This document shows, in pieces, positions 39,790-53,906 of a DNA stretch of 64,000 nt. The DNA comes from Octopus vulgaris (taxonomy: Eukaryota): positions 141,422,001 to 141,486,000 of the forward strand of contig OX597816.1 in the NCBI GenBank assembly GCA_951406725.2, given 5' to 3'. The notes beneath the pieces are model-generated. The model saw only the letters and a list, made by a program, of their open reading frames with translations, had not been told where the DNA came from and searched no databases. The translations under genes and the position numbers were made by a program. How positions within the stretch are numbered: the stretch's first letter is position 1; each line of letters begins with the position of its first letter.

Positions 39790-40400
39790 GTACCAACAAC
39801 AGCAAGATAATGATGCCATTGTATCAAGATACTGGTATCAACATATCCAACATTATAACTGCCCCCTTTAGCTTATCAATATATCAGTGCCAATATATTC
39901 AACATCATCACCTCCTCACATCAGTCCATTAACATACTGGTGCCAACATATCTCACATTATCACAAAGCCCTTCCGTCTATCAAGATATCAGTGCCAATG
40001 TATTTAACATTATCATATCCCTACATCAGTACATCAAGATACTGGTGCCCACATTGTCACTACTCTCTTTAGTCTGTCAAGATACTTGTGCCAATATATT
40101 CAAGCAAAGTCAAGACGAGGATGCACAAACATATGCACACTCTTTCATAAATACACACACATACATATATGCACAATGGTCTTCAGTTTATCAAGACACC
40201 AATATCAATATATTCATTATTATCACCTCTCTACAACACTCCATCAAGATACTGGTGTCAACATATCACACATTAGCATCTCTTTGCATTAATCCATTAA
40301 GATAGCAAGATAATTGTGTTGATGGACTAATATTGATACTAACATATCACCTAAATACTTTAATATATCAATTAACTGGTGCCAATATTATCACTTACTT
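39790..40400. repeat. Degenerate ~50-bp minisatellite (ATCAAGATACTGGTGCCAACATAT...)
   Basis: Motif recurs at ~39822, 39876, 39934, 39980, 40033, 40077, 40190, 40243 and 40375. Confidence 0.8.
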
Positions 40401-40433
40401 CTTGAATCCTCTTTTAATATTCTATGACATTAA

Positions 40434-40645
40434 GGTAGCGAGGTGGCAAAAACATTAGCATGCCAGGGGAAAAGCTTAGTGGTATTTTGTCTGTCTTTAC
40501 ATTCTGAGTTCAAATTTTGTTGAGGTCGACTTAGCCTTTCATCCTTTTGGGGTCAATAAATTAAGTACCAGTTGCATACTGGTATCAATCTAATTGACTG
40601 CCCCCTCCCCACAAAAATTAGAGCCTTGAGCCTAGAGTAGAAAGG
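40434..40645 (+). mobile_element. SINE family B, followed by an older copy at 40664-40880
   Basis: Core GCCTTTCATCCTTTTGGGGTCAATAAATTAAGTACC; direct repeat AATATTCTATGACATTAA at 40416-40433 and 40646-40663 (TSD). Confidence 0.88.
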
Positions 40646-41461
40646 AATATTCTATGACATTAAAGCAAGGTGTTATAAGAGTCATGACTGTGCTCAACAA
40701 AATGCCTAGAGGCATTCCTTCCAACTTTACATTCTCAGCTCAAATGCTGCTGAGGTCAACTTTGCCTTTCATCCTTTTGTGGTCAATAAATAAAATACCA
40801 GTTGAGCACTGGGGTCGATATAATCAACTCCCCTCTCCTGCAAAATTGCTGGCCTTGTGCCAAAGTTTGAAGCCAACATTCTGTCACATGAGCATCACAA
40901 TTTCCATTCAACATTTTCTTGAGTATAGGCAAGCTGCTGTTGTGGGAAATTAGCATTTTGGTACATAACTCACACACACATGCACACCCTCATCATTATC
41001 ATCATATTTTTTAACATCTACTTTTTTACGCTTGTGTGGGTGGAATTTATCAAGGCAGTGTGTCTAGCTTGTCACCAACCCTTACCTGTTTCCAAGTAAG
41101 GTAATATTTCTCCGTAGCCAAACGTTTTTGCAGAATAAAGGAAATGGATAACACTGCTTGTATGACAATGATGCTCATTTACAATAATCAAGTGGTGTTA
41201 AGACAAGGAGACAAAAATACATGCACACTCTTTCACACACACACACTCACATACACACATACATAAATACATTCATGCAAAAATACATACATATGATGGG
41301 CTTCTTTCAGTTTCTTTCTACCAAATTCACTCACAAGGCTTTGGCTGCCTTGGGGCTATAGTAAAACACTTAATTAAGGTATTGTGCAGTAGAATGGAAC
41401 CCCAAATAATGAGGCTGGAAAGCAAAACTTCTTAATTGCACAAGCATCCCATATGTGTATA

Positions 41462-42169
41462 TACGAGTGGAAGTCACAAATTATCCGCACTTTCGCCATA
41501 ACATATCTTTATTATTGCCACAATGCCTTCTGCACATGCATGCTTATAGTTGGTACTACTGTGGTTGCATGATTGAAGTTTGAGCTTGATCGTGCCATTT
41601 TTCTTTCTGGCTTTACAGTATAAGCATGGCCGCTCCACTAGCAATGTGCACCAAAGAAGAACAAAGAGCAGTGATCCGATTTCTCTGGAAAAGGGGTGTA
41701 TGATCAACAATGCAAGAAACAGTGCTTTACTGGCCAACTAACTGAAGCCAGCACTTCGCAGTAAGCACGAAAGCCTACTGTTGAAGAAAGTTTTGTTGTT
41801 GCATGACAACACATAGCTGCCTAGGCCATTGAAACCATTAACCAATTGGGTTTTGAGGTGCTAGAACACCTTGCCTACAGCCCAGATCTCACCCCTTCTG
41901 ACTACCATATCTTTGGACCACTCAAAGATGGTTTATGAAGTCATTGATTTCCTATGGATGAAGACGTGAAGGAAGTGGTGCATAAATGGTTGAATGACCA
42001 ACCAAAAACCTTCTTCTTGGAGGGAATAAGCAAGCTTGTGGACAGCTGGACCAAGTGCATTGAAAAGAAAGGAGACTAGATAGAAAAATGATGTACTTGT
42101 TTATCCCCTGCTTTTGTATAAATACATTGAGAAAGAAAGAGTGCATATAATTTTTGACTCTCCCTCATA
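41462..42169 (+). mobile_element. Mariner internal-deletion derivative (708 bp), both TIRs retained
   Basis: TACGAGTGGAAGTCACAAATTATCCGCAC / GTGCATATAATTTTTGACTCTCCCTCATA; MAAPLAMCTKEEQRAVIRFL is fused to ..LKPALRSKH..VLLLHDN..EVLEHLAYSPDLTPSDYHIFGPLK. Confidence 0.9.
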
Positions 42170-42237
42170 CATACATAGATATATATATGTGTGTGTGTGT
42201 GTGTGAGTGTGTGCATATGCATGTGTGTATGTATGTC

Positions 42238-42642
42238 TTTTATCTTTTATCATTTACTTGTTTCTGTCATTAGACTGCAGCCATGCTAGGGTGCCGTCTG
42301 GAAAAATATTTTAGTTAAATGAATCAAACCCGGTAGTCATTCTTTAAACCTAGTACTTATTCTATTGGTCTCTTTTGCTGAACTACTAAGTTATGGGGAT
42401 GCAAACACACTAACACCGGTTATCAAGTGGTGGTGGGAGACAAACACAGACACAAAACACACACATAGATATATACATGTATATAAACAACAAGTTTCTT
42501 TCAGTTTCTGTCTACCAAATCCACTCAGAAGGCTTTGGTCAGCCTGAGGCTATAATAGAAGACACTTGCCCGAGGTGCTTCACAGTGGGACTGAACTTGG
42601 AACTATATGGTTGGGAAGCAAGCTTCTTACCACACAGCCATA
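42238..42642 (-). mobile_element. SINE family A, near full length
   Basis: Colinear with 46881-47304. Confidence 0.85.
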
Positions 42643-42709
42643 GGAGTTATACTACACTTGCTGCAAGTGACTCTCCCTTACCCACCAAAAAGAATCCCAA
42701 ATAATCAAT

Positions 42710-43200
42710 CTATTCATTGATACATATCACAATTATCACTGTCATACCCATTATGGTGTCAATGTGACATATTATACTCACACTTATTATGACATTATTA
42801 GATCACTTGTCCCAGTCATGGATGTGGCATATTGACATATGCCACAATCATACTATTCATTGACATATGTCTCAGTTACCCTGTCCACTGATATTTGTTG
42901 CAAACTGTTCAGTGATATATGTCACTGTTATACTGTTTATTGATAAATGTCAATCATACTGTCCACTGACATGTCACTGTCATACTGTTTATTGATATAT
43001 GTCAAAGTCACACTGTTCATTGACATATGACACTGTTACAATGTTCAATGACATATGTTACATACATATACCACAATCACACTTGCTATGATTGTTAACA
43101 TGCCTGTCATGTTTGTCAATGTATGACTATTTACACTGATACACTTATTCTCATTACCTATATTACTGTCACAGTTCTCATTGACGAAATTATTAATATT
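42710..43200. repeat. Degenerate ~28-bp minisatellite (CACTGTCATACTGTTCATTGACATATGT)
   Basis: Clear tandem units at ~42850-43060, decaying outward. Confidence 0.8.
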
Positions 43201-46200
43201 AAACTTTTTACTCTTCCACCTGCTTGAGTCACTCTTGTTATTGTCATACTAGTTATTCCATGCTTATCACTTCCAGGGCCAGTGTTTTATTTTCAATTCA
43301 TGTGAACCCTGTACTTCCAACATTATTCTAAAAATAAAAACATTCTTTATTGAATATTTTGTATTAATGTTGCTGCTTTGAGGACGTGTCCTTCAGTCAA
43401 GCACTGTAAAGCTTGAAGTAATTGATCCAGAGATCCTGTTGGTCACTGCTGACATATTATGAACTGATGTCTCACGAAACCTCATTCACTGATTTAACAT
43501 AAATACTTTAAGCAATTTATTGTATCCTCTTAGTTACCACAGTCTATGATAAATTCAAATGCTTTGTGAGACATGAAGATTAGAATGTCTTGGAATCTGC
43601 AGAGATCTGGAATAGTGGAAAGTGTACAAACATGTGTAACCAATAATTGAATTCCAAAGAAGTGGATGATGATTAAGGGATTGTATGGATTCTTTTAGGA
43701 TGTTGATCTCTGTCCATATTTGATTCACTGAATAAACTATAGTAAGAAGTAACAATAAGACCCATAAACCCGATACTTTGTTTAGTGAATGATGCTATAC
43801 AGCTAAATGTTACTCATGAAGAGAAACTAGCTATCATGTAACACATCAATTATTAAAGGAACACAGAATCACAACAGTAATTTTCCTAATCAAGCATTTC
43901 GTTTCAATGGGGAGATTACTATTGACGACGGCCAACTACAGAAAGTGTTTGTTATTAAGCAACATCAAGTATTGGATATAGGATGAAATGAGTCTGAGAG
44001 ATTAAAACAAAATACTGAGATTTTTAAAAATAAAATATGCAGGCAATTAAATGATATTTCAATAGTATAATCTCTAAAATATAGAGACCAGAAATTAATA
44101 GAATTGTTATATGACTTGTAGATGATAAGTTCAAACTCATTTAAACTGGTATTAGGAAAAGAATTTAAAGTCTTAGTCCCAGAATCACCTGATTCCTAAT
44201 AGATTGATGCATGCATCTATAAAAAGGGTGAGAGACAGACATAGATAGACAGAAGGAAAAATAGGTGGCTAGATTGATAGATTGATAGATAGAGAGGGTA
44301 AGAGATATTGATAGAGATTTCTATCTGGCTCACTGATATTTCAAAAATAAACAATATTTTATTAAAGACAATGAGAAGTAGAAAATATCACTTAGATGGC
44401 ATGATGGGAATAATCAGAGGGATATGGTTAATGTTGATGATGCGAATGCAGACCAGTAGAAAATATATATTAAAAAAAAATTTGCAAGTTAATTGAAATC
44501 TTAAAGACTCACGTTGAAATTCCAGCTACCTATAATGTGGGAAATATTTCACTTATTCTCAGAAATCAGAATTCTTTTCCTAATTTATTCTTTCAGATAA
44601 TTTTTCATTTCTATTTTGGTGTTAATTGCTTCTAAGCTGCAGTATTCCTATCAACCAAACATGTAAAATGGAACTGACCAAATATTATTGGCAAAATAGT
44701 TTATTGATTTTCCTAGATGTTTGTGTGAACCACAGAAGATGGAAGAGAAAAGAGGAGAAGATGATGATAAAGAAAAACTAATAATGTTCTTCCATGATCT
44801 TTTATTTCTGTATCCATTTTCACAACTTTTAGAAATGAAGAATGCTTTTTAGCAACTTTTAGAATGCTTTTTAATTTAATTAAACAATTGATTGTACATT
44901 AGCTCAAGAACTTTTTGGAATGAGTTCCCTGACAGAAATATACAATGCTTTAATCTTTCATTTGGTGATTTTAATCTTCCTCATTGATAATTTTATTATC
45001 ATTAAACACGTCACTGGTATTATTTTTATGTTTAAGATTCTTCATATTTAATGTAACATAATCATATAACATCACAAGTTCTCAATGAGGATTTTATTAT
45101 CTGAAACACTGACAAAGAGAATATTACACATTCTCTCTTATCCCATGCATAATAGCAAGAACTCATTGGAGTCTGCTGTTAAAATTACCCTAATTTTAGC
45201 TTCTGCATTCATGGGAAGAACATATTTGAAAATTTATTCATTCCTTATTGCTCACTAGATTATAGAACAGGATGAAGTTAGGATTGAGGGTGGGCAGGGA
45301 AACCTGCTAATGGCCAATATAAGTTTTTGTTCTTTCTTAAGTACTTCTTTTACAATTATCCCACCAGAACTGATAGCATCTGTGTCTCCTCACCCTGGTA
45401 TAACCCCAAACCTTATTCTAGCCATTGCAATTTTACCTTGTATTGAATGAAATATTTAACACCTTCATAACAAATCATTCTGTAACTTCATTTCTATACT
45501 GTATTTTCACAACAAATTTACTATATTTTACCATATGGTTATACCCCTTGACCATGAGCCAACAAAGAAACCCTTATGTGGTCATCTGACTTGTTAGAAT
45601 TAGTTAGAATTTCTCTCAAATTACATCTCGGTTAGAAAAGGAAGGAGACAAATGATTATGTGATCCTCTTGCTCTATTTCTAGTAAAAAAAGACTGGATG
45701 GCTCCGATTGGAACCCATTTGATCATAATTCAGTTTGGTGAATGCTAACCAGAAACTAAACAGCAACAGCAACGATGACTACTACCTAATCAAGCTTCTT
45801 TGTGATATCTCAAATGTATAGTCTATAACAGAAAATGAAGACTATTGTGTGAGATATTAGTATGATTCTTAAATAAGAGAAACAGAATGTTTGTGTAATA
45901 TTTGTACATTATATACAATTCCAATGACATAATTTGATTTCTGTTCCTTCTGTAAACATACATTCAGCCTAACTATGTAAACAAACTCTGTTAAGTTTTG
46001 CTCTGTAGAATGAACCTTAGAACAGCTTAACAACTTTAAGAGTGGCTAGTTATGTCCATTCTAGACATAGAGGAAGCAGCTTAGAGCTATTTATAAAAAA
46101 TGTTATCAGTGACACGTCTTCACACACACACACGAAAAAAAATCATCATCAGAAGATGATTGACTATTCATTGTCCTATAACTAACACAATATATTGGTA

Positions 46201-46880
46201 ATCCTGTTCAATTATCTGGGAACCATAATTGCACCTGTATGAAGTAGTCCAGAGAAATTTTCATGGTGAAATGCAGGGCAGTCAACAAGCTATCCTAGAA
46301 CCTCTGAGCTATGATGGTCAATGGTGGACTTGGAACAGGAACAATAAATTAATGGGATGGGAGATAACCTTGGGTTGACTAAAGCCTTGTGAATGGATCT
46401 GGGAGATGGAAACTGAAAAAAAAAGCTATAATGTACATGTGTGTGTGTGTGTGCTGACATCATGTGTAAACAAGTATCACAGGCTTATAAGCAATGTCCA
46501 TTGTTTCCAATCTTCCATGAAAACATGCCCAGGCATGGAAAATACTACCTTACTTGGGAACAGGTGAGAATTGGCAATGGAAAGGGCATCTGGCCATAGA
46601 AAATCTGCCTCAATGAATTCTGTCCTACTGATGGGAAAGAGCTGCTGCCTCCTCCTCCTCCTCTTCCACGAACTGTAAACACTTTCACACACAAACATGT
46701 ATATATATGGCAGGCTTCTATGCAGTTTTCGTCTACAAGTTTTAATTGCAAGGCATTGGTGAACCTAAAGGTATAGAAGAGGACAGTTGCTCAAGGTACC
46801 ACTCAGTGGGATATAATCTAAAACACCTTGGTTATGAAGTGGTCTCTATATTGACTCATCCACGTCAGAGCCTAAGATAT

Positions 46881-47304
46881 CTCTTTACTCTTTACTCTTT
46901 TACTCTTTTACTTATTTCAGTCATTTGACTGCGGCCATGCTGGAGCACCACCTTTAGTCGAGCAAATCGACCCTGGGACTTATTCTTTGTAAGCCCAGTA
47001 CTTATTCTATCAGTCTCTTTTGCCGAACCGCTAAGTGATGGGGACGTAAACACACCAGCATCGGTTGTCAAGCAATGCTAGGGGGACAAACACAGACACA
47101 CAAACACACACACATACATATATATATATATACATATATACGACGGGCTTCTTTCAGTTTCCGTCTACCAAATCCACTCACCAGGCATTGGTCGGCCCGG
47201 GGCTATAGCAGAAGACAGTTGCCCAAGATGCCACGCAGTGGGACTGAACCCGGAACCATGTGGTTGTTTAGCAAGCTACTTACCACACAGCCACTCCTGC
47301 GCCT
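46881..47304 (-). mobile_element. SINE family A, full-length young copy
   Basis: Minus head AGGCGCAGGAGTGGCTGTGTGGTAAG (A box) and GGGTTCAGTCCC (B box), internal (TA)/(TG) tract, (TAAAAGAG)n tail; CpGs retained. Confidence 0.92.
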
Positions 47305-47568
47305 ATATATGTATATATATACATATACACATCATGGAAATATATTGAAATCCTTACATTGGTCATTCACTGTTAAATTTAGAGATATAATATCCGAAAA
47401 GAATCTAATTAGTTAATTAAAACAGAAATACATAATCAAGTAGCTATCATTAGCAAACTAATTAAAAAATATTAAAATTTGACTTTATTTCCATGTTATG
47501 CTGTTAAAAACTTTTCGGTAGAAATGTTCAATATAAAAGAAAGTGTTAATAATAATATTCCTTTTACC

Positions 47569-47574
<6 letters not shown>

Positions 47575-47646
<72 letters not shown>

Positions 47647-47769
47647 AGTGAGTGAGAGAGGAGACAGAAAGAGATATTCTAAGGGAAAGAGGGAGAGAGA
47701 TCTTGGGAGATTAAGTGGAAGAGAGAAAGAAAGAGTAGGAGAATAAAGGAATAATGAGACAGATAGAGC

Positions 47770-47831
<62 letters not shown>

Positions 47832-47955
47832 TCCTGGGAGATTAAGTGGAAGAGAGAAAGAAAGAGTTAGAAAACTAAGGAACAGTGAGACAGATGGAGT
47901 GAATGAAAAAGAGAGAAAGAGAGAGAGAGAGAGAGAGTAATAGATAGGAATATAT

Positions 47956-47991
<36 letters not shown>

Positions 47992-48020
47992 GTAGAGAGA
48001 GAGGGGAGGAGAGAGAGATA
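47575..48020. repeat. (GA)n tracts with a duplicated ~80-bp purine-rich unit
   Basis: GATC.TGGGAGATTAAGTGGAAGAGAGAAAGAAAGAGT at ~47699 and ~47830. Confidence 0.85.
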
Positions 48021-48572
48021 ATGAAAGATAGAGGCGAGTTGTGAGAATGGTTGGATGAAAAGATTGAATATAGTTTCTGTGTTGTGTTTTCTTAACTTGT
48101 GCAGAAATCAATGAATTATGGTAAAACGATGATGAAATTCTGTAGAAGGATGACTAATTAATGGGATCATAATTTTAATTAGGATGGGAAAGCAACAACA
48201 AAAAATTAAAAAACAAAACCAAAACAAACTAAAATGGTTATTACTCTAATGACTATCATGATGTGAATTACAATGATTACATGCAAAATATTTCTTTAAA
48301 CATCTTTATTAAAATTTAATATTTATACTATAATATTTGGTTGCTTTTTTTTTTAAAAAAATATATTTATAAAATCACAGAAACAATGAAATATAATTTT
48401 TAATCTCTTTATCAAAAGAGAAAATAAAATAATAGGAATATTCTAATTGATATTAAAACTAATTCTATATCCTGTTACAGCAATTTCCCTAATGTCATAC
48501 TCACAAACCTATAGGTATTGCCTTCTCTTACAATTGTCCTTTTAACAGCAGACAATAAGCCTATTCTTTTCC

Positions 48573-48801
48573 TTAACCTTTTAGCATTCAAACTGACCAT
48601 ATGTGGCCAAAATGTTCTACCTGTTTTATGCTTGAACAAACCAGATCCAGCCTTACTCGCCTACCCTACAATGTCATTCTAAGAATAAAACAGTTACATC
48701 ATTGAAATCTTGGAGCTATGAAACAATGCATCTTTAATTCAAAACAAAGCTAATAAATAAGTATTACCTTTGACAGAATAATCTGAATGCTAAAGGGTTA
48801 A
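48573..48801 (+). mobile_element. piggyBac-type MITE
   Basis: TTAA-CCTTTTAGCATTCA ... TGAATGCTAAAGGG-TTAA: TTAA target duplication and CC-initiated TIRs. Confidence 0.85.
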
Positions 48802-49063
48802 TGGTATGTCAACTTTGGAGAAATTTTTCATTCCTGGGCTAATATCCTCTTCTCATATGGAGTGGTTCTCAAATACCATTTGGAAATTGTGATGTATCCT
48901 CTAGAGGTGGAGATAATTTTAATAAGTCAAGAATTTAGGTTGTATGGTATTTGATATACCTATATTTGTCTATGTTATTCTGCTTACTAGTACTTTGGTC
49001 TTTGCTAAATTAACTCTAAGATCATCGCTTCCATACCTGAAATTTCTTTTCTAATTCTACTCT

Positions 49064-49540
49064 AGATTTAGCTATAAGAACAAAGTCATCAGCATAGAAA
49101 AGCTCCTATGAGCAACCAGTTTTAAATCCCTTTGTTATGGCCTGGAGGACAATGATAAACAAGAGAACTGAGCTTTGGTGAACTCCTACCAGCACACTAA
49201 ATTTGTTATTATACTCATTGCTGACTTTCACCTTACAAACAGCATTCTTGTACATAGCTGGGATGGCTCTCACCAGCCATTCATCTACCTCCTGCTTCTA
49301 TAGCCACTACAAGATGAAAGAGTGAGGGATCCTGTCAAAGGCTTTCTCCATTTCAACAAATGCAGAACATTTGGTAAATTTTTTTTCTGCTTTTCTCCTA
49401 GCTAGATATATCTGTCACATAGTTCTCTTCTAGCAACTCAGTATAGTTCTTTGCTACCCCACACTCTTCCAGACCTTCCACACCCGTTTTTTTGCTCTTA
49501 TAACACTGCCTACTTCACTGTTCTACCATCATATATCATA
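49064..49540 (-). mobile_element. RTE LINE reverse transcriptase fragment
   Basis: Minus translation AFVEMEKAFDRIP..VDEWLVRAIPAMYKNAVCKVKV..VGVHQSSVL..FIIVLQAIT..FKTGCS*ELFYADDFVLIA. Confidence 0.88.
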
Positions 49541-49794
49541 GGTTTGGCTGGAACAAATTTGGTCTGTGACTATGTGTGCATGTCTCCTTGTCTTAACATC
49601 ATATCATAGTTAAAATATGGAACTACCACTATACTGTACATTTCCAGTCTTCCATACAGACATGTCAAGTGAGGGGTGGTGACAAGAAAGGTGTGTAACC
49701 ATAGAAAATCTGTCTCAATGAATTCCATTCTTGTATTGCTATGTAAGGAAAAATGAATGTTAAAATGGTGATGATGATGATGATGACAGTGATA

Positions 49795-50168
49795 TATAGG
49801 TGGTGAAGCATGATCTTTGAATTTTGGGCCTCACAGTGATAACAAGTGACCGAGACCTTTGGCAATATGCTGTGCTTGAGAAAAATCATCAGGCCAAGAA
49901 AAATTGTAGTTATGGCTGATATTGGTGTCATGTAACAGGCACCTGCACCTGTGCTGGTGGCACATAAAAGCATGCATGCCAGTGGAATGTAAAAAGCACC
50001 TATAACTCTCTTGGAGTAGTTGACATTAGGAAGGGCATCCAGCCATAGAAACCATGCCAAACCAGACTGGAACTTGGTGCAGCTCTCCAGCTATTGGTTC
50101 CAGTCAAGCCATCTAACTAATGCCATCATGGAAAGCAGATGCCAAATGATGATGATGATGATGATGAT
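49795..50168 (+). mobile_element. RTE LINE ORF end + 3' UTR + (GAT)n tail
   Basis: VVKHDL*..TSDRDLWQYAVLEK is followed by GGTGGCACATAAAAGCA, AGGAAGGGCATCCAGCC and (GAT)n; this links the tail family to RTE. Confidence 0.75.
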
Positions 50169-50570
50169 TATATATAGTGTTGGTGTTTTTAAACAAGATT
50201 AAAAACTGCATAAAAAATTAACTGGCAAAAATGACTAATTAGCAAAGCAGTGTCCATGTGTTTTATTAGAAACTCCAAAGACAAAGTCATGATGTGCTTC
50301 TGTAGTAATTAGCACACTTGGAAGTACCAATCAACTACCAGCATGGCTTAAAATGATTGGTACAAATGTGAAGGTAGAACACCTACAAAAATCAACATTG
50401 CTTGGAACTGTAAGAATTCTTTGCTGGGTTCTTGAAGCATGACCAGTAAACAAGTGTCTGCTAACTGTGGACAGCTGACACTTTCCATGATACCCAGCAA
50501 AATTAGCTGTGAGTTTTTATCAAATAATAATAATAATAATAATAATGATAGTTACATACATGTGTGTGTA

Positions 50571-50610
<40 letters not shown>

Positions 50611-50613
<3 letters not shown>

Positions 50614-50994
50614 TGGGTCATCCCATAAATAATGTGATTTTTTTCAATCGCCTGAGCTAAAAGTCAGAGGGGGATGGGATAAACTACCTGCATCAACTTG
50701 CTATAAAAGCAGGTTGTGATTTTACCTTGTACTTATTCTTAGTGCAAAATCATTTTGATGGAAAAAAAATATGAATTCTGTAGACGAGGTCAGAACAGTA
50801 CTGAGGGAGTATTTTTCATCATGGACAAGTGAATTTTGGAAGAGGAGCCATTGCAAGTCTACCAGATAGATGGAAAAGCATTGTAGAAAATGAAGGAGAG
50901 TATATTTTAGAATAAAAAAGAACTTTGTTTATCTTAATTTTGAAAAATAAAAGAAGTATGAAAAAAACCATATTATTTATGGGATGACCCTATG
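50611..50994 (+). mobile_element. Mariner-derived MITE (384 bp)
   Basis: TIRs TATTGGGTCATCCCATAAATAAT / ATTATTTATGGGATGACCCTAT; retains the transposase C-terminus ..EYFSSWTSEFWKR..SLPDRWKSIVENEGEYILE*. Confidence 0.88.
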
Positions 50995-53691
50995 CATGTA
51001 TGTATGTATGTATGTATGTATGTATGTATGTATGTATGTATGTATGTATGTATGTATGTATGTATGTATGTATGTATAAGGCCATGGATATATGTATGTG
51101 AATGAAGGAGTAGAAAAACCTGTTTAGACTTTGTAAGCCTTAAGACAAACTTGACAAGTGATACTAAAGTCACCTGAGAGTTTTATCTGTCTGTCCGTTT
51201 GTCTATCACTATATTTACATATACACACTCACAAACATTTACATATATATACACAACTCACACACATACACACTGAGTTTATAAAGAAGTCCTTCCCTTC
51301 AGACCTTATTGTACAGTCAGGCCTAATAAAAGAGAAAAAGTCCTAATTGGAGGGACTATATCACTTTAGGAAGGTGATATGGCAGGGGACACACAGACAG
51401 GGGAAAATAGGAGCTTAAAATACAAGAAACTCAGGAAGTCATGTGACACATAGAGATAGCACTATGTGATACTTCTTGTAGAGGTAGGATGTTATGGATT
51501 TGTAGCTAGATCCATAATATCCAACTTAGCACTGGACTTGGGAGAGATAGCAGAGCAGTGATTTGTTAACTGCAGAAGGAAGTAAAGAATGTTCCATCAT
51601 GAATATGGCATATGAAAAGAAGACCAAGGCTAAGGACGAAGAATAAATACTCAGTAAGAAATAAAACTAGGCAATTGTAAAGTAGTTGCTGCTTATCAAT
51701 GAAAAATGTAGTCTATGATGTAGGCCAAAAGACCTTGCACATTCACTGGTGGTATTAAAGCTGATAATATGAGGTGCTGAAACTAGTGTGATTTCTAGTC
51801 ATCAACAGATGAAGAGAATGTCTTGTAGAGTGGAATGTTTGTAAAATAATAATATGAATATGTGTCATGATGTATAAATATATATGTAAGTTTTTCTTAT
51901 GTTTTGCAAATGTGAATGTGTGTACATATGTATTTATATATGTATGAATGTGTGTGTGTGTGTGTGTGTGTGAGTGTGCACATGCTTGATTATTGATTTT
52001 TGTTTATATTATGAATGCTTATACATAATTTAATTACACTTTAATATTCAAAGATTTCTTTAGTAAAATATATTCTTTTATTTGTAGAGAGAGAGAGAGA
52101 GAGAGAAAGAAAGAAAGAAAGAGAGAGATGTGTAGAGAGGGACAGAGAGCAGAGACAGGGCAGGTGGGATAGTGGGAGAAAGGTAGGAAACATATAACAA
52201 AATTTACATATTGTTTCTATTCAAAGTCATCGGTGATGGTTATACCCTCCCCCACGATGTGTGGACTTACACCAATGTTGGCAATCAGCATCATCATTAC
52301 TTTTTACTGTTATTGTCAGTTGTGTCTCACTTCATTTTGTAAATTTGTAAAGAATTATTGTTCATTTGGCTATTAAGAGTTTTGTATTATTTTGTTGTTG
52401 ATATGACTATAAACAAAGACCAGTCATTCCATTTTGTTAGGACCATATGGAGGTGGGGTCATAATAATCATAATAAAACAAAACAAACAACCAAACAAAT
52501 GAAAAACAACAACCAATTACAAATGGTTTTAAATAATAATTTCACAAAGTAGCATCACCTAACAGATACAAGGGTATGATAGGCCAAGAGTTACATAAAG
52601 AAGTAAATGAGGACCTCCCATCCATTCTCATTATTAATGATTTACCCCCTCTGGTTCAAAGTTCAATGATGAAAATCATTACCCCTAAAAATTGTTGTAA
52701 AAATAATAACAATAATAATACATCCAACAACAACAACAGTAATAAATGCATCTTCACTACCACTGCCACCATCATCAGTAGAAACAAGGCTCTTGGCTAC
52801 AGATTGTAGAGAAGCCAGAATGAGTGGAAAATGAAATTTCATCTAACACCAACATTTTCAATATCGCTCCCATATCCACCATAGTAAGCGGTAACAACAG
52901 CAATAGCAGCATCAGCATGAACAGCAGTTACTACATTAGTACTGGATCCAAGGTTGGCTCCTCCACAAGTGAGAAGAGGAGTTGAGCAGGTTCCTCTGAA
53001 AAACAATTGGTCAGATCTGATAAAAACCAAAAGACTCATCTGGAGAGACAAGAGGGCTCATTAGCCATTCTCCCAGGACTCTTGGAAGAGAAGATTATGA
53101 AAATGGCAATGTACCAGTGTATGGTAGTCTAGGGCTAGTCAGTGGAAAGAGCCACATATACATAGACTTCCCAACCAACTGTATAACTTTATATTATGAT
53201 GGAGGATAGAAGGCTCATGTGGTAGCACCTACCATCTGAAGGTTATCAGCTTACAATAGAAATGAAGACAACATGAACTTGTACTGCTGTCAACACTGCA
53301 GCCATAACAATAACACCAACAGAAGCAGCAATCACAGTAATGACCACAAGTACTACAAAAATAAAACCAATATAAGTAAAACCTATGAACAAAACAACAA
53401 TCACAACAAAAATAATGAAATAAATACCCACAAAGATATAAACAATAACAGCAGTGAAATCTGTAACCATACACCAAAAACAAAACAAAAAAAAACTGGC
53501 CTAATCTCTATTGAAGGAATGCTGTTAGAATGTTGGAATGTCTGTCGAAGATCAGTGCAGAATGGTGAAAACATTTTGCATTCATTCAGAGCATTGCTGA
53601 CTTGTGGAGTTCCACCAAATAACCTTTGTCTGGTGTAGGGTAGACCAGACTTTCACTCTAGTCCACTATAAGGTTTGTCCAATTGCTTTCT

Positions 53692-53906
53692 TTAACCCTT
53701 TAGTATGTAAACCAGCCAGATGTGGCCTAAATATTCTGTTCAGACTGGCCAGGTCCAGCCGCTCACTTATATCCTACAATGTGATTCTAAAGATAAATGA
53801 TTACATCATCAATATCTTGAAGTTACAAGATAATGCATAGTCAACTCAAAACAATGAACAGATATGCATTACCTCTAACAGAGTAATCTGAATGCTAAAT
53901 GGATAA
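53692..53906 (+). mobile_element. piggyBac-type MITE
   Basis: TTAACCCTTTAG...AATCTGAATGCTAAATGGATAA; homologous to 48573-48801. Confidence 0.75.

Noticed and set aside
39790-40400. CRISPR-like repeat/spacer appearance
   Set aside because: Repeats are degenerate, the 'spacers' resemble each other, the context is eukaryotic and there are no cas genes.
53229-53638. Asn-rich or Cys/hydrophobic ORFs
   Set aside because: Low-complexity AAC/AAT-rich sequence with no domain or splice support.
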